Shown piece by piece: positions 37,081 through 48,116 of a stretch of DNA of 64,000 bases. Position 1 is the stretch's first letter, and each line of letters opens with the position of its first letter. The stretch lies in assembly GCA_963781775.1 (NCBI GenBank), contig CAWAHE010000011.1, positions 130,312 to 194,311 of the forward strand, in the 5' to 3' direction. Origin of the DNA: an uncultured Alphaproteobacteria bacterium. Lineage in GTDB: Bacteria; Pseudomonadota; Alphaproteobacteria; Rhizobiales; Kaistiaceae. Made by a program: the position numbers and the translations under genes. Under the pieces are notes generated by a model, which worked only from the letters and a program-made list of their open reading frames with translations, did not search any database and was not told the origin of the DNA.

Positions 37081-39576
37081 TCAGGCGGCTGACACTTTGC
37101 TGCCCGGCCGCTGGAACAGGGCAATCGCATCGTCAAGGATCATCGGTCGTCCGGTCAGGAAGCCTTGCACTTCGGTGCAGCCCTCGGCCTTGACCCGATC
37201 GAACTGTTCGCGGGTTTCGACACCCTCGGCGGTCGTGATGATGCCAAGGCTGGCGCTGAGGCCGGTTACCGCGCGGATGATCGCAAGCGAGCTGGCATCG
37301 GTGTTGACGTCGGTGATGAAACGCCGGTCGATCTTGATCTTGTCGAACGGGAAACTCTGGAGATAGCTGAGTGACGAATAGCCCGTGCCGAAATCGTCCA
37401 TAGCCACACGAACGCCCAACGCGCGCAGCTGGTGCAAGATCGTCAACGTCGCCTCGCTCTCTATGAGCAGCGTCGACTCAGTGATCTCCAACTCGAGACG
37501 GGTCGCGGCCAGCCCGGACGCAGCGAGGGCCCCGATTACGGCGGGCATGAGGTGCACGCTCCGGAATTGGGCGGCCGAAAGATTCACCGCCACCTTGACC
37601 GGCGCAGGCCAGCGCACAGCGTCGAGACAGGCCCGCCGCAGCACCCATTCACCGATCGGGACGATCAGCCCGGTCTCCTCGGCAAGCGGGATAAACTCCA
37701 GAGGTGCGACCACGCCGCGTTCCGGATGGTGCCAGCGAAGCAGCGCCTCGAAACCTGTTACCGCGTTCGTCGCCAGGTTGAATTCCGGCTGATAGAGCAG
37801 CTCGAACTGCTTCATTTCGATCGCCCGGCGCAGATCGAGCTCGAGCGTGCGGCGCGCCTGCATGCGGGCGTCCATCTCCTGCTCAAAGAACCGATAGACG
37901 CCGCGTCCGTCCGCCTTGGCACGATAGAGGGCCAGGTCGCCGGCCTTGAGAAGCTGGTCGGTATCGTTGCCGTCGGCCGGGCCTACCGCGATACCCGCGC
38001 TCAGACTGATGATCGCCTCCTGACCGTCAATCGCGTACGGCTCGCCGACCGCCTCGATCAATCGCTGGGCAAGGGAGTGAGCCGCAGGGGGCTGCACCTC
38101 GCCGACCTGGACGATGGCGAACTCGTCGCCACCGAGACGCGCGACCGTGTCGTTTTCACCGATGCAACCAGACAAGCGTTTGGCGGCCTCCAGCAGCAAT
38201 TTGTCGCCGATCGGATGGCCGAGGGTATCGTTGATATCCTTGAAGTGATCGATGTCGAGGCAGATGACGGCAACCTGGCCGCCGCGTCCGGCGTGCAAAA
38301 GGGCGTCTTCGATCCGCTCGCGCAACAGGATGCGATTGGGCAGATCGGTCAGCGCATCATGGCGCGTCAGATGGGCAATCTTCGCCTCTGCCATATGGCG
38401 GTCGGTGATGTCCTCATGGGTCGACACCCAGCCACCGCCTTCCATCGGCTGATAGACCAGACTGACGATCCGACCATCGTGGAACTGGATGATGTCCTTG
38501 AAGGGCTTCTGCCCGCCGACGATGCCGGCAAGGTATTCGACATACTGCGTCGGGTCGCTGCCAGGATAACTCCCCGCGTCCACGCGGTGATCGAGGATCG
38601 TCTTGAGCTGCGTGCCGCGCTGCGCCAGTTCCGGCGGCAACCCGTAGATCTCGGCGTAGCGCGAATTCGCGATGATCAACCGCTTGTCAGCGTCGAACAT
38701 CACGAGGCCGATCGGCATGTTGTTGACCGCTTCGCTGAGCCGCTGCCGCTCCTGCTCTGCGGCCTCGGACAGTTCGTGCGCGCGTATGAGGCTCGCCCCG
38801 TAGCCGTCGACGGCTGCGATCAACGCGCCGATCTCGTCCTTGCGTCCGCGTTCCCCCGCAACCGTGGCCGACGCGTCGCCGGCGGCCAGCCGGCGCATGG
38901 CCTCGCTGATTCGAAGGATCGGTTCGCTGATGCCGCGGTTGACCCAGGCGGTGGCCACGCCGATGCCGCACAGCGCAAGAGCGAGCGCACCGATCGTCAA
39001 CCAGAAGGCCGTCGCGAACGTGCCGTAAACCTCTCTCCCGGCTGCGTCGCTTTGGCGGCTGGCATAAGCGATCAGGCCGTCGATGCGCTGCAAGGCGTGA
39101 TCAAAAATCGCGAAGTTCGCGGCCTCGAAGTCGCGATGCTGCAGCGCCATTTCGTCGGACCCGATGCCCGGCATGGTGCGCGCTATTGCGGCTTCGTACT
39201 CGCCCCAGACCTGGTGCAGGACCGAATAGAGAAGGCGCTCCTCGGCGTCTCCGGGAGTTGCCTCGAAGAGCCGCCAGTCACGTTCGAGCTTCTGCGAGAC
39301 CGACCGGATCCGATCGCCCAGGTGGACCTGCGGTCCCAGGACGGTTTCATTCAGGCGCCAGCGAGCCAGCAATCCGTACTCGGCCATGTCCGCCTTGATT
39401 TCGCCGAGCAATTCAATCCGCGGCATCCAGTAGGCAACGATCTGCCCGGCGGACCGATCGAGGGCCTGAACGTTGTAGAGCCCGGCGGCTCCCACCAAAC
39501 CGACAAGGGAGACCGCAAGCCCGAGGCCTGCGAGCAGCTTGGTCCGGATACTGGCGTCGCGGAGCGCGATCATCAC
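37081..39576 (-). CDS. Membrane sensor diguanylate cyclase/phosphodiesterase (4-helix-bundle sensor, HAMP, PAS, GGDEF, EAL)
   Basis: The ORF is 831 aa. An N-terminal TM segment is followed by an MCP-like helical sensor and a second TM segment. It carries RLGGDEF, FEALLRW and DDFGTGYSS. I saw no RxxD I-site five residues upstream of GGDEF. Confidence 0.9.
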   Translation of the reverse strand: MMIALRDASIRTKLLAGLGLAVSLVGLVGAAGLYNVQALDRSAGQIVAYWMPRIELLGEIKADMAEYGLLARWRLNETVLGPQVHLGDRIRSVSQKLERDWRLFEATPGDAEERLLYSVLHQVWGEYEAAIARTMPGIGSDEMALQHRDFEAANFAIFDHALQRIDGLIAYASRQSDAAGREVYGTFATAFWLTIGALALALCGIGVATAWVNRGISEPILRISEAMRRLAAGDASATVAGERGRKDEIGALIAAVDGYGASLIRAHELSEAAEQERQRLSEAVNNMPIGLVMFDADKRLIIANSRYAEIYGLPPELAQRGTQLKTILDHRVDAGSYPGSDPTQYVEYLAGIVGGQKPFKDIIQFHDGRIVSLVYQPMEGGGWVSTHEDITDRHMAEAKIAHLTRHDALTDLPNRILLRERIEDALLHAGRGGQVAVICLDIDHFKDINDTLGHPIGDKLLLEAAKRLSGCIGENDTVARLGGDEFAIVQVGEVQPPAAHSLAQRLIEAVGEPYAIDGQEAIISLSAGIAVGPADGNDTDQLLKAGDLALYRAKADGRGVYRFFEQEMDARMQARRTLELDLRRAIEMKQFELLYQPEFNLATNAVTGFEALLRWHHPERGVVAPLEFIPLAEETGLIVPIGEWVLRRACLDAVRWPAPVKVAVNLSAAQFRSVHLMPAVIGALAASGLAATRLELEITESTLLIESEATLTILHQLRALGVRVAMDDFGTGYSSLSYLQSFPFDKIKIDRRFITDVNTDASSLAIIRAVTGLSASLGIITTAEGVETREQFDRVKAEGCTEVQGFLTGRPMILDDAIALFQRPGSKVSAA

Positions 39577-39797
39577 GGGCTTGGTACCCTGGCGTGCCGG
39601 CCACGAAGGTTTGCCGGCTGGGACAGCCGCTACCTTTGCGAGAAAAATGATCGAAAAGTCTTAAGCCCGGCCGGAAATCGGCACAAAAAGGCTTGCCGCC
39701 GACTGGCTGCCACGAATTCCGTGGGAGGGAACGGTCGGAACGCCTATCAATTTACCAATTCAATCAAATCGGCATAAAGCGTGTTGCCGGATTGGCC

Positions 39798-41141
39798 TCA
39801 CAGGGCCTTCAGGAACGCTCTCGCCGCCTCGCCGTGCTCAATACGGAGGCGCGCCACGTCGACGCCGATCGGATGGCCGTCCTCGACCCGCCACTGCCCG
39901 CCGACCATCACGCGATCGGCGGCATGGGCGCCGCACAGCACAAGCGCCGCCAGCGGGTCGCCGGCGCCCGAGAACCGCAATTCGTCGAGCGTGTACATGG
40001 CGAGATCGGCCTGTTTTCCGACTGCGATGGCGCCGATGTCGTCTCGCCCAAGACAGCGCGCCGAGCCCTCGGTCGCCCAGCGTAGAACGTCGAAATGCGT
40101 GACCGCCGCCGCATTGTAGGTCAGCCGGTTGATCATGAGCGCGTGCCGCACGCCCTCCATCAGGTTGGAATTGTCGTTGGAGGCAGAGCCATCGACGCCA
40201 AGGCCAATCGGACTTCCGGCCGCCTCCAGCTCCTTCGTCCGGCATTGGCCGGAGGCGAGAACCATGTTCGAGGTCGGGCAGTGGCAAACGCCGACCCGAT
40301 GGCGTCCCAGGCGCGTGACCTCCTCGTCGGTGAAGTGGACGCCGTGAGCGAGCCAGACGCGATCGCTCAGCCAGCCGCACTCCTCCAGGTAGTCGACCGG
40401 ACGGCAGGAGAAGTGCTCCAGGCAATACTCGTTCTCGTCCTGGGTCTCGCCGAGGTGGGTATGCAGCTTGCACTGGAAGCGTTCGGCGAGCCCAACGCTG
40501 TCGACCATCAGCCGTTTGGTGACCGTAAACGGCGCGCATGGCGCGAGCGCCACCTGCATCATCGCGCCCTCGCTGGCGTCATGATAGCGACCAAGAATGC
40601 GCTCGCAGTCGGCAAGGATCGTATCCTCGTCCTGGACGACCGAGTCGGGCGGCAGCCCGCCATCTTTTTCGGAGAGGTTCATCGAACCGCGGGTAAGCGT
40701 CATGCGGATGCCGAGGCGGCCGGCCTCCTCCGCCTGGATATCCATGGCGTCCTCGAGCCCGTCCGGGAACAGGTACTGGTGGTCGGACGCGCAGGTGCAT
40801 CCCGACAGCATCAATTCGGTCAGCGCCAGCCGCGTCGCCAGCCGGAACGCCTCCGGCTTCACGTTCCTTGCCCAGATCGGATAGAGCGCCTGCAGCCAGG
40901 GAAACAGCTCCTTGTTGATGGCCGAGGGATGCGCGCGCGTGAGCGTCTGGAAGAAATGGTGATGCGTGTTGATCAGCCCGGGAATGACGACATGCCGGCT
41001 GGCGTCGAACTCCTGATCAATGCGGCCGGTCGGCTTGCCGCCGGCGGGCACCAGCTCGGCGATCTTGCCGCTATCGACAACCACGCCGCCGCCGGCTCCC
41101 TCCGCCAGAACGGCGAGCGGCTCCTTGATCCACAAGCGCAT
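39798..41141 (-). CDS. Amidohydrolase of the cog0402 deaminase group (8-oxoguanine deaminase-like)
   Basis: The ORF is 447 aa. It carries the metal site PGLINTHHHFFQT, HTHLGE and GVDGSASND. The substrate cannot be assigned from sequence alone. Confidence 0.75.
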   Translation of the reverse strand: MRLWIKEPLAVLAEGAGGGVVVDSGKIAELVPAGGKPTGRIDQEFDASRHVVIPGLINTHHHFFQTLTRAHPSAINKELFPWLQALYPIWARNVKPEAFRLATRLALTELMLSGCTCASDHQYLFPDGLEDAMDIQAEEAGRLGIRMTLTRGSMNLSEKDGGLPPDSVVQDEDTILADCERILGRYHDASEGAMMQVALAPCAPFTVTKRLMVDSVGLAERFQCKLHTHLGETQDENEYCLEHFSCRPVDYLEECGWLSDRVWLAHGVHFTDEEVTRLGRHRVGVCHCPTSNMVLASGQCRTKELEAAGSPIGLGVDGSASNDNSNLMEGVRHALMINRLTYNAAAVTHFDVLRWATEGSARCLGRDDIGAIAVGKQADLAMYTLDELRFSGAGDPLAALVLCGAHAADRVMVGGQWRVEDGHPIGVDVARLRIEHGEAARAFLKAL

Positions 41142-41144
41142 GAT

Positions 41145-41534
41145 TCAGCCCGTCCCCACCGCCGTCGCTTCGACCTCGACCAAGAACTCCGGACGGGTGA
41201 AGCCTGATACGATGACCAGTGTCGAGGCCGGCGGCGGATTGCCGACAAGACGGTCGCGGACCGCCATGTAGTCCTTCATGTGCTCGCGCCGCGTGACGAA
41301 TGCGCTGATCCGAACGATATCGGCGAGGCCGAGCCCGGCTTCGGCGAGGATCGCAGCAATATTGCGGAAGCAGATTTCGGCCTGCTCGGTAACCGACGCG
41401 GGGATCGAATCGTCGGGGCCAATTCCAAGCTGCCCCGAACACAGCACAAGACGGTGGCCAGCCGGAACGGCGACACCGTGGCTGTAGCGCCCGAATGGCG
41501 GTCGGACGCCGGCAGGATTAAGCGAAATTGCCAT
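41145..41534 (-). CDS. RidA (YjgF/endoribonuclease L-PSP) family protein
   Basis: The ORF is 129 aa, carrying SGQLGIGPD and VRISAFV..EVEATA. There is a 3-bp gap to the deaminase gene. Confidence 0.85.
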   Translation of the reverse strand: MAISLNPAGVRPPFGRYSHGVAVPAGHRLVLCSGQLGIGPDDSIPASVTEQAEICFRNIAAILAEAGLGLADIVRISAFVTRREHMKDYMAVRDRLVGNPPPASTLVIVSGFTRPEFLVEVEATAVGTG

Positions 41535-41851
41535 GAGGACCCCGGAACGTTCACCCCGAACGCTACGATTGCGGGACGCCGCCTGACAAGACCCGCGCCG
41601 GACAGGTTTAGGTCAGACACTGCCGCTTTCTTGTGCACTGGGCTTGCCCTAGAGTACCGCCGCGAGCGGCGGATAGGGCCAACAATGCCCGAGCGGGCAG
41701 TGTTCTGGCGGCGGGCGGGTGGCATATGTCTTGCGACCAGCCAAGGTCGCGTTTGACTGCGGTCGGAGACCGCAGAACCGGGACGGGACCGGAAGGAAGC
41801 AAAGTGGCTCACGAACAGCCACGTCCAAACGGAAGGCGGAGAACAAGGCAC

Positions 41852-42862
41852 ATGAGCATTCTGAGAAACATCAGCTTCGGCCTGGCGGCAGGCGCCATGG
41901 CCGCGGCATTCGCCGGCCCGGCGCTGGCGCTCGACGAGGTTTCCTACGGCACCAACTGGCTGGCCGAGGCCGAGCACGGCGGCTTCTATCAGGCGGTTGC
42001 CGACGGCACTTACGAGAAATACGGCCTCAAGGTCACCATCGTGCAGGGCGGCCCGCAAGCGGCCAACCAGGCGCTGCTCCTCGGCGACAAGATCCAGTTC
42101 TACATGGGCGGCATGTTGGGCGCGTTCAACGCCATCGTCAACGACGTGCCCGTCATGGAGGTCGCGTCCCTGTTCCAGAAGGATCCGCAGGTCCTCATCG
42201 CCCACCCGGATGCCGGCGTCGAGAAATTCGAGGATCTCGCCAAACTCCCGACCATCTTCATGGGCAAGGACGGCTTCTCGACCTATTTCCAGTGGATGAA
42301 GGTCGCCTACAAGGGCTTCAAGGACGAGCAGTACAAGCCATACACCTTCAACCCGGCGCCGTTCCTCGCCGACAAGATGTCGGCCCAGCAGGGCTACCTG
42401 ACGTCCGAGCCCTATGAGATCGAGAAGCAGGGCGGCTTCAAGCCGAAGGTGTTCCTGCTCGCCGACGCCGGTTACGACCCCTACTCGACCACCATCGAGG
42501 CCAAGCAGGACTACGTCGCCAAGAACCCCGACATCGTCCAGCGGTTCGTCGATGCGACGATCATCGGCTGGTACAACTATCTCTACGGCGACAACAAGGC
42601 CGCCAACGACCTGATCAAGAAAGACAATCCCGAGATGACCGACGGTCAGATCGCCTTCACCATCGCCCAGATGAAGGAGCACGGGATTCTCGAATCCGGC
42701 GATGCTTTGACGTTGGGTATCGGTTGCATGACCGACGCGCGCGTCAAGGACTTCTACGGCAAGGTGGTCAGCGCCGGCGTCATCAAGGCCGATGTCGACA
42801 TCTCCAAGGCCTACACGACGAAATTCGTGTGCAAGAAGGTCGGCATGGACCTGAAGAAATAG
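41852..42862 (+). CDS. ABC transporter substrate-binding protein, NMT1/THI5-like (NitT/TauT family)
   Basis: ORF 41633..42862, trimmed to the ATG at 41852 (MSILRNISFGLAAGAMAAAFAGPALA). It carries YGTNWLAEAEHGGFYQA. Confidence 0.8.
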   Translation: MSILRNISFGLAAGAMAAAFAGPALALDEVSYGTNWLAEAEHGGFYQAVADGTYEKYGLKVTIVQGGPQAANQALLLGDKIQFYMGGMLGAFNAIVNDVPVMEVASLFQKDPQVLIAHPDAGVEKFEDLAKLPTIFMGKDGFSTYFQWMKVAYKGFKDEQYKPYTFNPAPFLADKMSAQQGYLTSEPYEIEKQGGFKPKVFLLADAGYDPYSTTIEAKQDYVAKNPDIVQRFVDATIIGWYNYLYGDNKAANDLIKKDNPEMTDGQIAFTIAQMKEHGILESGDALTLGIGCMTDARVKDFYGKVVSAGVIKADVDISKAYTTKFVCKKVGMDLKK

Positions 42863-42997
42863 ATCGTGACGCGGGCTGGCATCGTGCCGCCCGGATACTA
42901 GAAAGAGGGGGCGGGGCCAAGGCTCCGCCACCATTTTGCGAGTGACCGACGAAGCGACCGTCGGCGCCGGCGTCCTGGCGCAAAACGGAGCAGAATC

Positions 42998-43828
<831 letters not shown>

Positions 43829-43847
43829 TGATCCCGCAGCAGTTCAG

Positions 43848-44723
43848 ATGACCACACTCGAAGCCGAAAAGACCGACATCGCCACCACTATCCGTCAGGG
43901 CGAGGACGAGGCGCCGCGCCCACCGCCGGCCGAAGGCCTCGGCGAGCGGATAGCCAGGATTGCGATCCCGGTCGGCATGCTGGTCCTGCTGATCGCCGTC
44001 TGGCAGATCTACTGCGACGCCGCGCACGTACCCCACTACATTTTGCCGAGCCCGCTGCGCATCGCGCAGGCATTTGGCACCGACTGGCCGATCCTGCTGC
44101 CGGCGCTGATGGTAACGCTGAAGATCACGTTTTCCGCGCTCGCCATCGCACTCGTCGGTGGCGTCACCCTCGCCATCCTCATGGCGCAATCGAAATGGAT
44201 CGAGCTCGCGCTTTATCCCTACGCCGTTATCCTGCAAGTGACGCCGATCGTCGCGATCGCGCCGCTGATCCTGATCTACGCCCCGAACACCCAGAGCGCA
44301 CTGCTCATCTGCGCCTGGCTGGTCGCCTTTTTTCCGATCCTGTCCAACACCGCGCAGGGCCTGCGCTCGACCGACCACAATCTGCTCAACCTGTTCGAGC
44401 TCTATGGCGCCAATCGCTGGCAGACGCTCGTCCTCCTGCAGATGCCGAACGCCCTGCCCTATTTCCTCGCCGGTCTGAGGATCGCCGGCGGCCTCGCGCT
44501 GATCGCCGCGGTCGTGGCGGAATTCGCCGCTGGTTCGGCCGGCGCCGGCTCGGGTCTCGCATTCCGGCTGCTTGAGTCGCAGTTCCGGCTCAACATCCCG
44601 CGGCTGTTTGCGGCGCTCGTGCTGCTGTCCTTCACCGGCGTCCTGATCTTCTTCGCGACCAGCCTGATCTCGCACTTCTTCCTGAGGAAGTGGCACGAGA
44701 GCGCCGTGCGCAGAGAGAACTAG
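43848..44723 (+). CDS. ABC transporter permease (NitT/TauT family)
   Basis: ORF 43803..44723 with the ATG at 43848 (MTTLEAEK). It is multi-TM and has an EAA-like loop, LFELYGANRWQTLVLLQMPNALP. Confidence 0.85.
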   Translation: MTTLEAEKTDIATTIRQGEDEAPRPPPAEGLGERIARIAIPVGMLVLLIAVWQIYCDAAHVPHYILPSPLRIAQAFGTDWPILLPALMVTLKITFSALAIALVGGVTLAILMAQSKWIELALYPYAVILQVTPIVAIAPLILIYAPNTQSALLICAWLVAFFPILSNTAQGLRSTDHNLLNLFELYGANRWQTLVLLQMPNALPYFLAGLRIAGGLALIAAVVAEFAAGSAGAGSGLAFRLLESQFRLNIPRLFAALVLLSFTGVLIFFATSLISHFFLRKWHESAVRREN

Positions 44724-44734
44724 GGCCGCGGGCA

Positions 44735-46051
44735 ATGGCCAAAGGCTTCGCCAAGGTTCCACGCGAGACGCGCTTCGTGCTGGCGAACGCCACGCTGCCG
44801 GCGGTATTGGTCGATGGCTACGCCGGCAAACCTGACAGCGATGGCCTGACTGGCGCCGACATCACGATCAAGAACGGCACGATCGAACGCATCGACCCGC
44901 CTGGGCGACGCACGCGATTGCCCAAACTCGACCTCGACCGCGGCATGGTGTGGCCGTGCTTTGTCGACATGCATACCCACATCGACAAGGGCCACATCTG
45001 GCCCCGCCGGCCCAATCCCGACGGCACGTTCGCCGGCGCACTTGACGCCGTGAAGCACGACCGCGAGCACCACTGGCGCTCCGACGACGTCTCTCGGCGC
45101 ATGGATTTTGCGCTCCGCGCCGCTTACGCACACGGCACGGCTCTATTGCGCACGCACCTCGATTCGGCGGCGCCGCAGCACAAGACGAGCTGGCCGGTCT
45201 TCGCGGAAATGCGCGAGCGCTGGGCCGGACGTGTCGATCTGCAGGGCGTGTCGATCTTCGGCATCGAGCATTTCCTCGATGAAACTTTCGCCGACGAAAT
45301 TGTCGCCACGATCGCCGACCACGGTGGCGTCCTTGGCGCCGTGACGTTCATGATTCCAGAACTCGATCGCCTGCTCGAACTGATGATGCACCGCGCGGCC
45401 AATCGCGGCCTCGACCTCGATTTTCACGTCGACGAGACGTCCGACCCGAACGCGCGCTCGCTGCGCGCCATTGCCGACGCGGCGCTGCGCACCGATTTCC
45501 CCGGCCGCATCGTTGTCGGTCATTGTTGCTCGCTTGCGGTCCAGCCCGACGCCGAAGCCGAGGCGACGCTGGAGCGGGTCGCCGAAGCCGACATTGCGGT
45601 CGTCTCGCTGCCGATGTGCAACATGTACCTGCAGGACCGTGTCGCCGACCGCACGCCGCGCTGGCGCGGCATCACCCTCTTGCACGAATTCGTCCAGCAC
45701 GGGGTTCCGGTCTCGGTCGCTTCCGACAATACCCGCGACCCGTTCTATGCCTACGGCGATCTCGACATGGTGGAAGTCTTCCGCGAGGCAGTGCGCATCG
45801 CCCATTTCGACCACCCGTTCGGCCGCTGGCCGGCGGCGGTCGCCCGCACGCCCGCCGAGGTGATCGGCCGGCCGGACCGCGGCGTGATCGCAGCGGGCAG
45901 CCCCGCCGATCTGGTGCTGTTCCGCGCCCGCACTTTTACCGAGCTGCTGGCCCGTCCCCAAGCGGATCGCACGGTGTTACGCTCCGGCAAGGCCATCGAC
46001 CGCACGTTGCCAGACTACCGGGAGCTCGACGACATCATGGTATCTGCATGA
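44735..46051 (+). CDS. Cytosine deaminase-like amidohydrolase (CodA family; cytosine/creatinine deaminase-type)
   Basis: ORF 44690..46051 with the ATG at 44735 (MAKGFAKV). It carries FVDMHTHIDKGH, DFHVDE and VASDNTRDPFY, and is collinear with E. coli CodA as I remember it. Confidence 0.75.
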   Translation: MAKGFAKVPRETRFVLANATLPAVLVDGYAGKPDSDGLTGADITIKNGTIERIDPPGRRTRLPKLDLDRGMVWPCFVDMHTHIDKGHIWPRRPNPDGTFAGALDAVKHDREHHWRSDDVSRRMDFALRAAYAHGTALLRTHLDSAAPQHKTSWPVFAEMRERWAGRVDLQGVSIFGIEHFLDETFADEIVATIADHGGVLGAVTFMIPELDRLLELMMHRAANRGLDLDFHVDETSDPNARSLRAIADAALRTDFPGRIVVGHCCSLAVQPDAEAEATLERVAEADIAVVSLPMCNMYLQDRVADRTPRWRGITLLHEFVQHGVPVSVASDNTRDPFYAYGDLDMVEVFREAVRIAHFDHPFGRWPAAVARTPAEVIGRPDRGVIAAGSPADLVLFRARTFTELLARPQADRTVLRSGKAIDRTLPDYRELDDIMVSA

Positions 46052-47466
46052 GCAGCTACGACATCGAAGCGCTGAAGAAGGAACTCGACGGCATCCGCGT
46101 CGAGGACCACCCGGCCATCGTCAAGCAGAAGAGCCGCGACTTCTATTGGTATTCGCCGATCCTCAAGCGCCAGCTTGACCACATCACCGGCGATCTCATC
46201 GTCTCGCCGAAGAGCGAGGCGGAGGTAATCCGCGTGCTCTCCGCCTGCTACCGGTTGGGCATCCCGGTGACGCCGCGCGGCTCCGGCACCGGCAACTACG
46301 GTCAGGCCATGCCGCTTTCCGGCGGGGTCGTGCTGAGCCTCTCCGACATGAACAAGGTGAGGTCGATCGCTCCCGGCCGCGTGGTCTCCGAGCCCGGCGC
46401 CATCCTCGCCCACGTCGACAAGGAGACGCGCAAGGCGAGCGGGCAGGAACTGCGCATGCACCCTTCGACCTACAACACCGCGTCGGTCGCCGGCTTCATC
46501 GCCGGCGGCTCCGGCGGCGTCGGCTCGATCAACTGGGGCGGCCTGCGCAACATCGGCAACGTGCTCGGCGCGCGCATCGTCACCATGGAAGCGGAACCCC
46601 GCGCGATGGCCCTCGACGGCTGGGATCTCGCCAAGGTGATGCACGCCTACGGCACCAACGGCATCATCACCGAGGTCGAGGTGCCGCTCGATGCCGCCTA
46701 TGACTGGATCGACGTGATCGTCGGCTTCGACGATTATCTCGACGCGGTGCGCTTCGCGAGCCTCATAGGCGACGAGGATGGCCTCCTGTTCAAGGAAGTC
46801 GCGACCGTCGCGGCGCCGGCGCCCTACGACTACTTTCTGCGTCATCAGAAGTTCCTGCGCCGCGAACAGTCCGTGGTGCTGCTCATGGTGGCGCCGCACG
46901 CGCTGGCGCCTTTCCTGACGCTGGCGAAGCGCGAGAAGGCCGATATCCGCTACCGTTCCGACAGCGCCACCGACGAGGAGAAGAAGGGCCTGCCGCCCGT
47001 CTTCGAACTCGCCTGGAACCACACCACGCTGCGTGCGCTCCGGGTCGATCCGACGATCACCTACCTGCAGACGCAGTACGGCACCGACGAACACGTCGAC
47101 AAGATCGAGCGCATGACGAAACTGCTCGGCGACGAGATGCCGGGTCACTTGGAATTCGTTCGCTTCGACGGCAAACTTGCCGCTGCCGGCCTGCCGCTCG
47201 TGCGCTACACCAGCGAGGAGCGGCTCGAGGAACTCGTCAAGATCCACGAGGACAACGGCGTGCCGGTCTTCAATCCGCACCGCTACACGCTGGAGGAAGG
47301 CGGCATGAAGCGAACGGATGCCGTCCAGCTTGCTTTCAAGAAGGAGGCCGACCCCAAGGGCCTTCTCAACCCCGGCAAGATGATCGCCTGGGACAATCCG
47401 GACTTCGACCTGAACTCGGACAAGGTCTATCTGTTCCCCGGTCTCCAGCAGGCGGCGGCCGAGTAG
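46048..47466 (+). CDS. FAD-binding (PCMH-type) oxidoreductase, paralogue 2
   Basis: This is the in-frame tail of ORF 45523..47466. The ATG at 46048 overlaps the codA-like stop as ATGA. It carries KSRDFYWYSPILK and RGSGTGNYGQAMPL, and aligns by eye along its full length with 34825..36213. Confidence 0.8.
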   Translation: MSSYDIEALKKELDGIRVEDHPAIVKQKSRDFYWYSPILKRQLDHITGDLIVSPKSEAEVIRVLSACYRLGIPVTPRGSGTGNYGQAMPLSGGVVLSLSDMNKVRSIAPGRVVSEPGAILAHVDKETRKASGQELRMHPSTYNTASVAGFIAGGSGGVGSINWGGLRNIGNVLGARIVTMEAEPRAMALDGWDLAKVMHAYGTNGIITEVEVPLDAAYDWIDVIVGFDDYLDAVRFASLIGDEDGLLFKEVATVAAPAPYDYFLRHQKFLRREQSVVLLMVAPHALAPFLTLAKREKADIRYRSDSATDEEKKGLPPVFELAWNHTTLRALRVDPTITYLQTQYGTDEHVDKIERMTKLLGDEMPGHLEFVRFDGKLAAAGLPLVRYTSEERLEELVKIHEDNGVPVFNPHRYTLEEGGMKRTDAVQLAFKKEADPKGLLNPGKMIAWDNPDFDLNSDKVYLFPGLQQAAAE

Positions 47467-47468
47467 GC

Positions 47469-48050
47469 ATGCGCACCTTCGTCCTATTCGCCCATCCGGT
47501 CGAAACCAGTTTCGCTGCGGCCCTCCACCGCACCGTCGTCGATAATCTCAAGGCTGGCGGACACGAAGTCGATGATTGCGACCTCTATGCCGAGGGATTC
47601 AATCCGGTGCTTTCGCGCGAAGAGCGGCTGAACTATCACGACGAGGAAGTCTGCACGCAGCCGGTTCAGCAATATGTTGATCGCCTGCGTGCGGCTGACG
47701 GGCTGGTCCTCAACTTTCCGGTCTGGAATTTCGGGTACCCGGCGATCCTCAAGGGCTTCTTCGACCGCGTCTTCCTGCCCGGCGTATCGTTCAAGCTGGC
47801 GCACGGCCGCACATGGCCCAACCTGCACAACATCCGCAAGCTCGGCGCCGTCGTCACCTATGGCGGCGACCGCTGGCGCGCCCGCCTGATGGGCGATCCG
47901 CCGCGCAAGGTGGTCAAACGGGCCCTGCGCGCCGTCGTTCATCCAACGGCGAAGAGCCGCTATCTCGCCCTCTACGACATGAACCGAAACACCGAGGCGA
48001 CTTGCCAGGCTTTCCTGCAGCGGGTAGGGCACGAGATGCGGGCGTTCTGA
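47469..48050 (+). CDS. NAD(P)H-dependent oxidoreductase (flavodoxin-like fold, NQO/MdaB/KefF-like)
   Basis: The ORF is 193 aa and carries MRTFVLFAHP and LVLNFPVWNFGYPAILKGFFDRV. There is a 2-bp gap after the FAD oxidoreductase. Confidence 0.8.
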   Translation: MRTFVLFAHPVETSFAAALHRTVVDNLKAGGHEVDDCDLYAEGFNPVLSREERLNYHDEEVCTQPVQQYVDRLRAADGLVLNFPVWNFGYPAILKGFFDRVFLPGVSFKLAHGRTWPNLHNIRKLGAVVTYGGDRWRARLMGDPPRKVVKRALRAVVHPTAKSRYLALYDMNRNTEATCQAFLQRVGHEMRAF

Positions 48051-48116
48051 CGCCCGGCACCACCTTGGGGCGACTGTCACACAGGCGACATGTTCATTGG
48101 TTAGTCCCCTAAATTC

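Noticed and set aside
41535-41851. TPP riboswitch upstream of the NMT1/THI5-like binding protein
   Set aside because: The conserved TPP elements (a CUGAGA box with an ACCUGAUCUGGAUAAUGCCAGCG-like segment) are absent. The only CTGAGA lies inside the coding sequence. Only generic hairpins are present.
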